Origin: a virus
IMG/VR virus record: IMGVR_UViG_3300045988_105737
Span: 1-36,035 of that record
Length of the DNA: 36,035 bases
Reading direction: 5' to 3' (one strand)
Shown one piece after another: positions 25,290 through 33,097 of the stretch (position 1 is its first letter; each line of letters begins with the position of its first letter). The notes beneath the pieces were generated by a model. The model saw only the letters and a list, made by a program, of their open reading frames with translations, was not told where the DNA came from and made no database searches. Both the position numbers and the translations under genes were made by a program.

Positions 25290-25997
25290 ATGAACAATTT
25301 AGTAATCATGCACGACAAGCAAGTCGTTACAACAAGTTTAAAAGTAGCTGAAATTTTTGGAAAAGAACACAAGCATGTCATGGAAACAGTCAGAAAACTC
25401 ACTGCCGAAAATTCGACCGTGAGAAAAATGTTTATTGAAGATAGCTATTTAAATAGTAGAAATCAGCAACAACCAATGTATTACATGAACAGAGACGGAT
25501 TTACTTTATTGGCTATGGGATTTACAGGCTCAAAGGCTATGGAGTTCAAACTTAAGTACATTGAAGCATTTAACAAAATGGAACAAATCGTAAGACAAGA
25601 GTTACCACAAACGCCAGAAGAAAAATTGGCTTTAACGATGCAAGTTACATTAAGGCTTGATAAACGTGTTGGAAAACTTGAAAAGAGCATTGACGAAATT
25701 CAAAACAAGTCAGAAATTGACTCTGACCAAAGATACAAGCTTGGGGTTGCCAGAAATAAGAAAGCAGTTAAGGCTTTAGGCGGTAAGGGCAGCAATGCTT
25801 ATAAAGATAAGGCTTTATCAAGAAAAACATTCAGAGCTTTAGAGCATAGCTTGAAAAAGAAGTTTGTGATTTCACGTTACGAAGATCTTAAGAAAGAAAA
25901 TTTTGATAAAGCTAAAAACTTTATTAGCAACTGGTATCCACCATTTGAACTAAAAGAAGAAATAGAGCTTAGAAATGCACAAGAAAATCTATTTTAA
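25290..25997 (+). CDS. Rha-family phage regulatory protein / antirepressor
   Basis: N-terminal Phage_pRha signature (VVTTSLKVAEIFGKEHKHVMETVRKL) and a C-terminal ORF6C-like helical domain. Confidence 0.8.
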   Translation: MNNLVIMHDKQVVTTSLKVAEIFGKEHKHVMETVRKLTAENSTVRKMFIEDSYLNSRNQQQPMYYMNRDGFTLLAMGFTGSKAMEFKLKYIEAFNKMEQIVRQELPQTPEEKLALTMQVTLRLDKRVGKLEKSIDEIQNKSEIDSDQRYKLGVARNKKAVKALGGKGSNAYKDKALSRKTFRALEHSLKKKFVISRYEDLKKENFDKAKNFISNWYPPFELKEEIELRNAQENLF

Positions 25998-26010
25998 GGA
26001 GGTAAATGAT

Positions 26011-26109
26011 ATGTGGTGCATATACGGAATGTTTGCATGTATGGCATTTGCATGCAGTGTAGATCTTTATAGATGGAACAAGAAGCGTAAGGAAGGTGAT
26101 GGAAAATGA
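26011..26109 (+). CDS. Micro-ORF, hydrophobic peptide (32 aa)
   Basis: aaggagg lies 7 nt before the ATG. Translation: MWCIYGMFACMAFACSVDLYRWNKKRKEGDGK. Confidence 0.45.
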   Translation: MWCIYGMFACMAFACSVDLYRWNKKRKEGDGK

Positions 26110-26219
26110 TCGAACTAACAACCACGGATTACATTGTATTAATAGGCTTGTCTGCATTAGGTGGATACACGCTACATGGCGTGGTAGATGCAATCAAAGA
26201 TGGAACATTTTTTGATTGA
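26106..26219 (+). CDS. Micro-ORF, hydrophobic peptide (37 aa)
   Basis: ATGA overlap with the previous micro-ORF. Translation: MIELTTTDYIVLIGLSALGGYTLHGVVDAIKDGTFFD. Confidence 0.4.
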   Translation: MIELTTTDYIVLIGLSALGGYTLHGVVDAIKDGTFFD

Positions 26220-26222
26220 AAC

Positions 26223-26252
26223 AAAAAAGCCCAGAGCATAAAGTTCTGGGCT
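26223..26252 (-). terminator. Terminator-like hairpin oriented for minus-strand transcripts
   Basis: 8-bp stem agcccaga (26228-26235) / tctgggct (26245-26252). The A6 run (26223-26228) precedes it on the plus strand, so the T-run follows the hairpin only on the minus strand. Confidence 0.5.
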
Positions 26253-26333
26253 AGACGTAAAGAAGATATAACTCTCTAAGGAGTTTAGTTAATTGAATTA
26301 CTTAAAGTATACCACTAACGGAGGATACAAGCA

Positions 26334-26492
26334 ATGGACAGACAGGAAACAGACAAAGCTATTGAATATTCATTTGGCAAAGATCCGATAGCCTTGCCAG
26401 ATGATAGATACCTTGAATGTAAAAGGCAAGAATACCTTAACAATCAAGGTTGGTTAGAACGTGAGTTAGGAATCAAGGAGGAAATGAAATGA
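26334..26492 (+). CDS. Small hypothetical protein (52 aa), absent from the ORF track
   Basis: SD acggagga lies 8 nt before the ATG. The stop overlaps the recT start (ATGA). Translation begins MDRQETDKAIEYSFGKDPIALPDDRYLECK. Confidence 0.5.
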   Translation: MDRQETDKAIEYSFGKDPIALPDDRYLECKRQEYLNNQGWLERELGIKEEMK

Positions 26493-27400
26493 ATCAATTA
26501 ATTAAAATGCAAAAAGGTATTACAGAGGCAGTAGGCAAGCGTATCAAAGTTTTAGAAGGTGAAGGCTTAGCATTGCCGGAACAATACAGTGTGAAGAACG
26601 CATTGAGTTCAGCATTTTTTACTTTACAAAAGGTATATGGCATTGAGAAAGCAACTCAAGAGAGTATAGCCAATGCTTTACTTGACATGGTAACTCAAGG
26701 TTTAAGTCCTGCCAAAACTCAATGCTACTTTATCGTTTACGGTAACGAGCTGCAGATGCAACGATCATATTTTGGAACGGTCGCAGCATTAAAACGGTTG
26801 ACTAACGTAAGCAAGGTTAAGGCTGAAGTGATCCATGAGGGCGACGTTTTCGAGATTGGCTCAAATGAAGATATGGAAATGATCGTTACTAAGTTTGAAC
26901 CTAAATTTGAGAATATGAACAAACCAATTATAGGAGCGTTCGCAATGATCAAGTTAGAAGATGGGTCAATCAATTATACAGTGATGACAAAAGAAGAAAT
27001 TGATAAATCATGGCAACAATCAAGGAACAAAAACAATAAAGTTCAACAAAATTTTGGCCAAGAAATGGCAAAGAGAACTGTTTTAAATCGAGCTGCCAAG
27101 ATGTTTATCAATACAAGTGATGATAGCGACTTATTAACTGGAGCTATCAACAATACAACAGAAAACGAATTTGAACGTGAAGAGCCTAAAGAAATTCAAG
27201 CTCAAGAGAAACAAGCAAATGAGCTTATTAACAAAGCTTTAAACAAGCCAGAAGAAACTAAACCCGAACCAGTTGAAGAGCCAAAAGAAAAGACTGATGA
27301 AGTAGTTATTGAAGATACTGAGTCAGATGCAGAACAAACAGAAGTAGACACAAATGAAAATCAAACAGAATTGTTTGATGAGTTTGGATTAATTAAGTAG
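26489..27400 (+). CDS. recT: RecT-family single-strand annealing recombinase
   Basis: RecT-like core (GLSPAKTQCYFIVYGNELQMQRSYFGTVAALKR ... AKRTVLNRAAKMF) with an acidic C-terminal tail. Paired with the downstream nuclease. Confidence 0.8.
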   Translation: MNQLIKMQKGITEAVGKRIKVLEGEGLALPEQYSVKNALSSAFFTLQKVYGIEKATQESIANALLDMVTQGLSPAKTQCYFIVYGNELQMQRSYFGTVAALKRLTNVSKVKAEVIHEGDVFEIGSNEDMEMIVTKFEPKFENMNKPIIGAFAMIKLEDGSINYTVMTKEEIDKSWQQSRNKNNKVQQNFGQEMAKRTVLNRAAKMFINTSDDSDLLTGAINNTTENEFEREEPKEIQAQEKQANELINKALNKPEETKPEPVEEPKEKTDEVVIEDTESDAEQTEVDTNENQTELFDEFGLIK

Positions 27401-27409
27401 GTGGAACTT

Positions 27410-28228
27410 ATGGAGTTGACACAAGAAAATTATTACAACCATGATACCAGTTGGAAATATATGAGTGTATCACTCTTTAAAGACTTTCTTAATTGTGAAG
27501 CTCAAGCACTGGCAAAACTCAAAGAAGAATGGAAACCAGTAAGCGATCCAACAGCTTTATTACTTGGTAATTATGTTCACTCGTATTTTGAGAGTAAAGA
27601 AGCTTACGAAAGCTTTTTAGAACAAAATAAAAAATCATTATTCAAGTACGGAAACCCAGAGAAAGGAATCAAGAAAGATTTTGTTAAGGGCGACGAAATG
27701 ATAAAAGCACTTGACGAAGACGAAGCTTTTAAGAACATCTACATGCCAGGCAAGAAAGAAGTAATCGTTACTGGAGATATATTCGGCCATAAATGGAAAG
27801 GTAAGATTGATAGCTTAATGCTTAATGATGGTTACTTTTGCGATATCAAGACAAATCAAGACCTCCACAAGAAACACTGGAGCGAAGATTTAAACAGGTA
27901 TACAAATTTCATCAGTGCATACGGTTATTACATGCAAATGGCTGTTTATAAAGAACTGATTAAGCAAACATTCAACGTAGATTGTCAACCGTTCATATTT
28001 GGGGTTAGTAAGCAAACACCGCCAGATCATGAGGCTTACAGTTTCAATAGTCCAGACGCTCAATATTACATGAATGAGAGTTTGGAAATTATAAAGAAGA
28101 ATCAAGATCATATTTTTGAAGTTATGAATGGAGAAACAGAACCTAAACGTTGTGGAGTTTGTGAGTATTGTAGACGAACAAAGAAAATAACAGCGTTCAT
28201 AGACGCTAACGATATCGAAATTTATTAG
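27410..28228 (+). CDS. PD-(D/E)XK-family exonuclease (RecT partner) with C-terminal Cys cluster
   Basis: GKIDSLMLNDGYFCDIKT (D ... D-x-K) and Q..Y motifs. C-terminal CGVCEYC, as in Cas4/AddB-type nucleases. The ATG at 27410 lies 5 nt after aggtgg. Confidence 0.7.
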   Translation: MELTQENYYNHDTSWKYMSVSLFKDFLNCEAQALAKLKEEWKPVSDPTALLLGNYVHSYFESKEAYESFLEQNKKSLFKYGNPEKGIKKDFVKGDEMIKALDEDEAFKNIYMPGKKEVIVTGDIFGHKWKGKIDSLMLNDGYFCDIKTNQDLHKKHWSEDLNRYTNFISAYGYYMQMAVYKELIKQTFNVDCQPFIFGVSKQTPPDHEAYSFNSPDAQYYMNESLEIIKKNQDHIFEVMNGETEPKRCGVCEYCRRTKKITAFIDANDIEIY

Positions 28229-28240
28229 GAGTGATAAGTA

Positions 28241-28429
28241 ATGACGTTAAGTGAATTAATTGAACTAAAAGAAGATATAAATGTTTGTAAATTAATGCTT
28301 TTCAAAGAAGAAATAACAACAATCCCACAAGAAACAAGATTTAAAATTTGGCTACCAAAGTTAGAAGCAGCACAAGAAAAGTTATCTAAATTCATTTTAG
28401 AAAACGAAGGTAAGGACATAATTTTTTAG
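28241..28429 (+). CDS. Hypothetical protein (62 aa)
   Basis: SD taggag. Tightly packed in the early operon. Confidence 0.5.
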   Translation: MTLSELIELKEDINVCKLMLFKEEITTIPQETRFKIWLPKLEAAQEKLSKFILENEGKDIIF

Positions 28430-28439
28430 GAGAAATCAA

Positions 28440-28733
28440 ATGAAAATTAAAAACAAACTTCAAGAATTAAAAAACGAGTACCCAGAACTAAACTTAAAGG
28501 CACTCGTTATAAAGAATAATGATTTGAATTTTGCTTTTACTCTCAGAAACTATTTTGGAGTAACAATTATCGAAAGTAACGATTATCAAGGAATACTTTA
28601 TCAAAGAATAACACAAGAAAGAACAATACAAAATAAATATCCTGCATTAGTAATCGAGATGATAGTTGATACAGAAGAATTCGAAAGTTCAAGCAATAGA
28701 GCATTTTATCTGGTTAAAGAATATGGAATTTAA
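28440..28733 (+). CDS. Hypothetical protein (97 aa)
   Basis: SD taggag. Its 3' end converges on and overlaps the minus-strand gene by 20 nt. Confidence 0.5.
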   Translation: MKIKNKLQELKNEYPELNLKALVIKNNDLNFAFTLRNYFGVTIIESNDYQGILYQRITQERTIQNKYPALVIEMIVDTEEFESSSNRAFYLVKEYGI

Positions 28734-28944
28734 TATACACGCCTTGTAAGTCGTAGCTTAAATTATTTTGAAAAGCAAATTGGCGGATATGTTTTTCAAA
28801 ATGTGGGCTACCTTCAAAACCAGAGTGATGTATCTCAAAGTCTGATTTTCCTTTTTTTATAGCTTTATCGTAATTAATTTGAAGAAGGAGAAAATCACCA
28901 TCTTTTAAATATTCCAATTCTCTATCAGAAATATGTTCAACCAT
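28714..28944 (-). CDS. Hypothetical protein (76 aa), the only leftward gene inside the rightward replication module
   Basis: The ATG at 28944 lies 8 nt after aaaggcgg. Translation begins MVEHISDRELEYLKDGDFLLLQINYDKAIKKGKSDFEIHHSGFEGSPHFEKH. It has its own promoter (next feature). Confidence 0.55.
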   Translation of the reverse strand: MVEHISDRELEYLKDGDFLLLQINYDKAIKKGKSDFEIHHSGFEGSPHFEKHIRQFAFQNNLSYDLQGVYIKFHIL

Positions 28945-28976
28945 TATTACACCGCCTTTCATTAGGAGATACGTTA

Positions 28977-28985
28977 ATTATACCA
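28977..28985 (-). promoter_or_regulatory. Extended -10 promoter element (TGgTATAAT) for the antisense gene
   Basis: The plus strand attatacca (28977-28985) reads tggtataat on the minus strand, about 33 nt upstream of the ATG at 28944. Confidence 0.5.
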
Positions 28986-29045
28986 AAGTCAGTGAACTTA
29001 CAGTGCTGGATGGTTGGGATGCCCATTAGAAAGGAATGATGAAAA

Positions 29046-29876
29046 ATGAGGATCAGGAAACAACGTCAAAATGGATTTACAACAGTTGATAATGCAGTAC
29101 TCAACGACACAAATTTATCATGGAAAGCTAAAGGCTTATTCGTTTACCTATGGTCACAGGCCGATGAGTGGGATTTTTACGAATCGGAAGTCGTAAAGCA
29201 TTCAACAGATGGATTATCTAGCTTAAAAAGTGGGATAAAAGAGCTTGAAAAGCAAGGATATTTGAGACGCGAGAGAAAAAAAGATGACAAAGGGTATTTT
29301 AGAGAAAATGCTTGGATCCTATCAGAAAATCCTATGTGCGAAAATCCTATGTGCGAAAATCCTATGTGCGAAAATCCTATGTGCGAAAATCGTATATTGG
29401 ATAATCGCACACTAACAAATACTAATAATAACAATACTAATAATAACAATACTAACTATAATATAACTACTACTACTAGGCCAACTGAAATTGGATCGAT
29501 ATATGAGTTTTGGGAGTCAAACGTTGGCAGCTTACCCCCTTTATCCCCTTATCTGTATGAAGAAATTCAAGCTATCTATGAAGATTGGTCAGAAGTATCT
29601 AAGCAACCTAAAGAGATGATACTTGAGTCAATCAAGCTAGCACTTGATAAAGGAGTTAGAAATATCAGTTATATCAAGGCTATCTTAAAGCGTTGGCATG
29701 ACAACCGTATATATAACATTGAAGACTTAAAAGCAGACCAAGAACGATTTGAGAAGAACAAAGAAAGCAAATACAACAAACAAGCTAAAAAAGGTAATGC
29801 TGCTGGATATGATGCCAAACAATGGACGTATCTATCTGAAGAAGAAGAAATGAGGCGATTTTTTGGGGACAATTAA
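29046..29876 (+). CDS. Replisome organiser / DnaD-domain replication initiator
   Basis: N-terminal winged-helix layout (FTTVDNAVLNDTNLSWKAKGLFVYLWSQ ... ELEKQGYLRRE). C-terminal DnaD-like domain (ESIKLALDKGVRNISYIKAILKRWHDNRIY). The linker is encoded by tandem repeats. Confidence 0.78.
   Translation: MRIRKQRQNGFTTVDNAVLNDTNLSWKAKGLFVYLWSQADEWDFYESEVVKHSTDGLSSLKSGIKELEKQGYLRRERKKDDKGYFRENAWILSENPMCENPMCENPMCENPMCENRILDNRTLTNTNNNNTNNNNTNYNITTTTRPTEIGSIYEFWESNVGSLPPLSPYLYEEIQAIYEDWSEVSKQPKEMILESIKLALDKGVRNISYIKAILKRWHDNRIYNIEDLKADQERFEKNKESKYNKQAKKGNAAGYDAKQWTYLSEEEEMRRFFGDN
29325..29395 (+). repeat. Tandem 15-bp iterons (4.7 copies), candidate ori
   Basis: gaaaatcctatgtgc repeats exactly four times (29325-29384), followed by the partial copy gaaaatcgtat. 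Translated in frame as ENPMC x4. Confidence 0.9.
29418..29456 (+). repeat. Second tandem 15-bp AT-rich repeat (2.6 copies)
   Basis: aatactaataataac repeats twice, followed by aatactaac. Encodes NTNNN repeats. Confidence 0.85.
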
Positions 29877-30687
29877 AACAACGGGAGATATTTTCTCTCA
29901 AATGATGAAAAGAATATTTATTGAAGTTGGAGATTGTCCACAATGTGGGAGTAAGTTGCTAGTGCCTAAAGCAAAGCAAACAGTTCCACCAACGTGTCCA
30001 ACTTGTGCATACAGTGACAGAAACTTAAGGAAAAACAATACAGAAGAAACGTGGAGCGTAGCGGCCCAGAAAAACAAAGCTACAGGAGCATTCTTAGACA
30101 ATTCTATTTTGCCAAACCTAAAGATGATGGGGTCAACGTTTAATAACTTGAATCTTTATTCAAACGATATCAAGGAAGTCGCCAGAATTGCTAAAGATAT
30201 AGCTAACAGGCTATCAAAGCCACAACATAGTCCAGTGCATTCATTATTCTCTGGAAGTTCAGGACGTGGAAAAACAAGAATAGCAGTATCTATTATCAAC
30301 GAAGTATGGCGCTTGACCGGATATAAGAGGAGCGTTGTGTTCATTGACTATCCATTGCTTGTATCTACTCAAAGATTAGGAATTAACAACAGTGAGGCAC
30401 GTGAAAAAGTAGATAAGGCTATTCATAAAGCTAAGCAAGCAGATTTATTGATCGTTGATGATATTGGGACAGAAAGCCAAATGAATAGTGGCTGGAACAA
30501 GGAAGTCTTTAATGAAATCATGCGATTTAGAGAAGATAAAGACGTGATTGTCACTACTAATGTTCCACCTAAAGAATTAGTCAGTCTTTACAGTGAACAA
30601 ACTATATCAAGGCTTAGAAAACACGCAAGAGGTAATTATATTTTATTTAAAGACAGTATAAAGGATTATAGGAGCGTTGCAGTATGA
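29863..30687 (+). CDS. DnaC/IstB-like AAA+ helicase loader with N-terminal zinc ribbon
   Basis: Walker A GSSGRGKT and Walker B LLIVDDIG. N-terminal CPQCGS ... CPTC. TTG start 7 nt after gagg; the in-frame ATG at 29902 is an alternative start. Confidence 0.75.
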   Translation: MGTIKTTGDIFSQMMKRIFIEVGDCPQCGSKLLVPKAKQTVPPTCPTCAYSDRNLRKNNTEETWSVAAQKNKATGAFLDNSILPNLKMMGSTFNNLNLYSNDIKEVARIAKDIANRLSKPQHSPVHSLFSGSSGRGKTRIAVSIINEVWRLTGYKRSVVFIDYPLLVSTQRLGINNSEAREKVDKAIHKAKQADLLIVDDIGTESQMNSGWNKEVFNEIMRFREDKDVIVTTNVPPKELVSLYSEQTISRLRKHARGNYILFKDSIKDYRSVAV

Positions 30688-30875
30688 GAGTAGAAAAGAT
30701 GATGCTAGACGATAACGAAATCACATACACGATCGGAGGAGTCAAGTTCCGTTATCTGTTTGAAAACAAGCCTGTGCTTAAGGTTGGCCAAGAAGTGGAA
30801 CTTGTGGAGTTGATACACAATACAAGGCCTTACTTGATTAAGAGTAAAAAAACGCAGAAACAAATGGAGGGCTAG
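30684..30875 (+). CDS. Hypothetical protein (63 aa)
   Basis: ATGA-coupled to the upstream gene. Confidence 0.45.
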   Translation: MRVEKMMLDDNEITYTIGGVKFRYLFENKPVLKVGQEVELVELIHNTRPYLIKSKKTQKQMEG

Positions 30876-30878
30876 AAA

Positions 30879-31097
30879 ATGGATAACAAAACAAAACTAG
30901 ACACAGCTATCACTTTACTAAGAATGGCTAGAGAGCAAATGAACGTTGAATTTAGAAATTTTAATCAAGCTAGATTTAAAGATGAGATTAAAGAGGCTAG
31001 GCGTTTACAAGCTGATGTTTTAAGGGGCTTGTCGTATAGCGATGCTTCAGTTTTTGAAGAACTAAGAGAAAACGAGGGGGAAGACTTGCATGACTAA
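30879..31097 (+). CDS. Hypothetical protein (72 aa)
   Basis: SD ggaggg. Helical, charged protein. Confidence 0.45.
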   Translation: MDNKTKLDTAITLLRMAREQMNVEFRNFNQARFKDEIKEARRLQADVLRGLSYSDASVFEELRENEGEDLHD

Positions 31098-31314
31098 CGA
31101 ATACAAGCAAGGTCAACAGGATATGCTAGCACTGATTAAAGATGCATATTATAAGGCTGACAAATCAGAGTTTGAACATTTGCTTGACACAGATGATGAG
31201 AACGAAGTACAGGAATTCTTAAAGTGTGAGTATATCAAGCAAGGCATGAAAATTGAAAGAACTAGACTTTTAAGGAAAATAAGGGAGCTTACAGGGGGAT
31301 ATGGAATTGATTGA
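31090..31314 (+). CDS. Hypothetical protein (74 aa)
   Basis: SD gaggggga. Overlaps both neighbouring genes. Confidence 0.45.
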   Translation: MTNEYKQGQQDMLALIKDAYYKADKSEFEHLLDTDDENEVQEFLKCEYIKQGMKIERTRLLRKIRELTGGYGID

Positions 31315-31531
31315 GCCGCAACAAAAAAACATATCGAAGAAAGAGCACGTCAGACGCACAAAAGGGCACGTCAGACCAATTGTAAAGCCTGACTTGGATA
31401 ATTATATCAAATCAACGTTAGACGCCTTAAACGGCGTTATATGGACGGATGACGCCGCTATCGTAGAATTGAACACGAGTAAGTGGTATGCAGACGACCC
31501 AAGAATCGAGATTGAGGTAAAGGAGACTTAA
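31301..31531 (+). pseudogene. rusA: N-terminally truncated RusA-family Holliday junction resolvase remnant (76 aa)
   Basis: VKPDLDNYIKSTLDALNGVIWTDDAAIVELNTSKWYADDPRIEIEVKE matches the catalytic C-terminal half of RusA (DLDN ... DAL ... DD). The motif starts at residue 29, versus about 65-85 in full-length RusA. The upstream frame is closed and the SD is weak. Confidence 0.6.
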
Positions 31532-31533
31532 AA

Positions 31534-31824
31534 ATGAAAATTGAATACAGAAATGAAGATTATAAAAACAAAAATATTTATAAAGTTGGAAGTGTGATTG
31601 AAGATGATGGGAGTGTTTATTTAGTTTGTCAAAAGGCTGCTTCTAATGGATGTACAGAATATTTCCTTATAAATTTATACACAGCAACTGTATCGTCAAA
31701 AATGTATGAATCTTTAAAAGAATTGAGACTAGCAGTGGGAGACGAAGACGATACATTAGTCAAAGCTAAGCTAATCGTTGATTACAAACTTGATGGAGAT
31801 GCAGAAGATGAAAATACTAAATAA
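31534..31824 (+). CDS. Small protein, paralogue family A copy 1 (96 aa)
   Basis: Shares MKI.Y ... IY.(V/I)G.VI ... YL(V/I) ... NL.T ... VGDEDD.LV.A with ORF 32685..32918. Confidence 0.6.
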   Translation: MKIEYRNEDYKNKNIYKVGSVIEDDGSVYLVCQKAASNGCTEYFLINLYTATVSSKMYESLKELRLAVGDEDDTLVKAKLIVDYKLDGDAEDENTK

Positions 31825-31936
31825 ATTATTATCCTGGCTAGTAGGAATTGCAGTTTTTGCAAATGCCATAATCTTGATTTTAGAAATATTCTATTTTTTG
31901 ATGTGTTTCTATTCAAGCTGTGGATTGCTGAGTTAG
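31808..31936 (+). CDS. Micro membrane ORF (42 aa)
   Basis: The ATG overlaps the end of family-A copy 1. Translation: MKILNKLLSWLVGIAVFANAIILILEIFYFLMCFYSSCGLLS. The SD is weak (ggag, 10 nt upstream). Confidence 0.35.
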   Translation: MKILNKLLSWLVGIAVFANAIILILEIFYFLMCFYSSCGLLS

Positions 31937-32011
31937 TAGCAACACTTGCAATAGTAGGAATTAAAGCGCATGTATCATTTGTAGTTTTTGAGTCAAAGGA
32001 GGAAGAAAACA

Positions 32012-32398
32012 ATGAAATTGATCAAAGAAATTGAAGAGCTTAAAGAATACAAAGAAGATAAAGATTTGCCAATTGCAGAATTAGCAAGAAGAATTGAAGC
32101 CGATGATACAACGGTCGGTAGGTGGTTAAAAGGCGGAGCTACACCTAGTTGCTATTCTTTATATAAAGTGCGAAGATTTCTAAATAGCGTCAAGGGTTGG
32201 GAAGGTTCGAAACTGCTAGAACCATTTAAAGATAAAACAACTAGAGAACGCGAACAAACAAAGAAAGATATTAACTATTTAAAACAACGTATCAAGGATC
32301 TAAACGATATTGAAGATTTAGATGCATTAGTGACTGAATTGAACGTTATTACACAGCTTGGAAATCTTGTACGTGATGCTCACAAGATGCCATTCTAA
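32012..32398 (+). CDS. HTH DNA-binding protein (128 aa)
   Basis: The ATG at 32012 follows aaaggagga. HTH is LPIAELARRIEADDTTVGRWLKGG. Confidence 0.55.
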   Translation: MKLIKEIEELKEYKEDKDLPIAELARRIEADDTTVGRWLKGGATPSCYSLYKVRRFLNSVKGWEGSKLLEPFKDKTTREREQTKKDINYLKQRIKDLNDIEDLDALVTELNVITQLGNLVRDAHKMPF

Positions 32399-32423
32399 AA
32401 GTATCAACAAAGGAGAAATTAAC

Positions 32424-32684
32424 ATGGATTATCAAAAGAAAGTAGATATGAAAGAAGTTAAAGAAATACAGAAACAAACAACTGAAATAGCTAAAATCTT
32501 GAAAAAAGAAGGCTATGAAGCAGGAGTAATAGCGTTGGGTAAAGGAACAGGGGTCGCGACTAATGTTTTTGGTAGCAGAAAAGACGTGTTATTTACTGTA
32601 TACACTATTTTGGAAAATTTGAAAGAAGAAGACAAACTAATACTGTTATCTATGATTTCAGGTATCAAATTAGGAGATGAGTAA
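32424..32684 (+). CDS. Hypothetical protein (86 aa)
   Basis: The ATG at 32424 follows aaaggag, so the ORF-track start at 32358 is an upstream extension. Confidence 0.5.
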   Translation: MDYQKKVDMKEVKEIQKQTTEIAKILKKEGYEAGVIALGKGTGVATNVFGSRKDVLFTVYTILENLKEEDKLILLSMISGIKLGDE

Positions 32685-32918
32685 ATGAAAATTAATTATG
32701 AAAGTAACAGTAGTGAACGTATATATCAAATTGGGAATGTTATTAGGAATAGTTATGAAGACTTATATCTCATAGTAAATAAACCAGAAGGAGAACTTTT
32801 TGTTGTTAATTTACGAACTGATTTGGTTTATGGGCCTTATACAACAATGGATGATTTATACCATGATGTTGGCGATGAAGATGATGTTTTAGTTCATGCA
32901 GAAGTAAATGTTCTATAA
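32685..32918 (+). CDS. Small protein, paralogue family A copy 2 (77 aa)
   Basis: See 31534..31824; the VGDEDDVLVHAEVNV block is shared. Confidence 0.6.
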   Translation: MKINYESNSSERIYQIGNVIRNSYEDLYLIVNKPEGELFVVNLRTDLVYGPYTTMDDLYHDVGDEDDVLVHAEVNVL

Positions 32919-32932
32919 GGAGGAAGCAAAGC

Positions 32933-33091
32933 ATGGTTTCAAAAATATTAGATATCATTATGATAATCTCTTTAACAGGCGTAATTATTGAACTAGCTTT
33001 ATCTAAAGAAAGCTTTACTATGAGAACCATAGCTGTAATGCTGATAGGTATATTTTTAGTGCTAGATAGGATTTCAAGAAAAATGAGGTGA
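32933..33091 (+). CDS. Micro membrane ORF (52 aa)
   Basis: SD aaggagga. Translation: MVSKILDIIMIISLTGVIIELALSKESFTMRTIAVMLIGIFLVLDRISRKMR, with two hydrophobic helices. Confidence 0.5.
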   Translation: MVSKILDIIMIISLTGVIIELALSKESFTMRTIAVMLIGIFLVLDRISRKMR

Positions 33092-33097
33092 ATCGAA

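Noticed and set aside
26294-26392. TTG-initiated 32-aa ORF after taaggag, overlapping the 52-aa ORF at 26334-26492 in another frame.
   Set aside because: The 52-aa ORF has an ATG with a better-spaced SD (acggagga, 8 nt) and is ATGA-coupled to recT, so it was preferred. Neither ORF is verified.
29325-29395. Tandem 15-bp repeats considered as a mini CRISPR array.
   Set aside because: The units are contiguous with no spacers, are only 15 bp long, lie in frame inside the replisome-organiser gene, and no cas genes are present. Iterons or an origin is the better reading.
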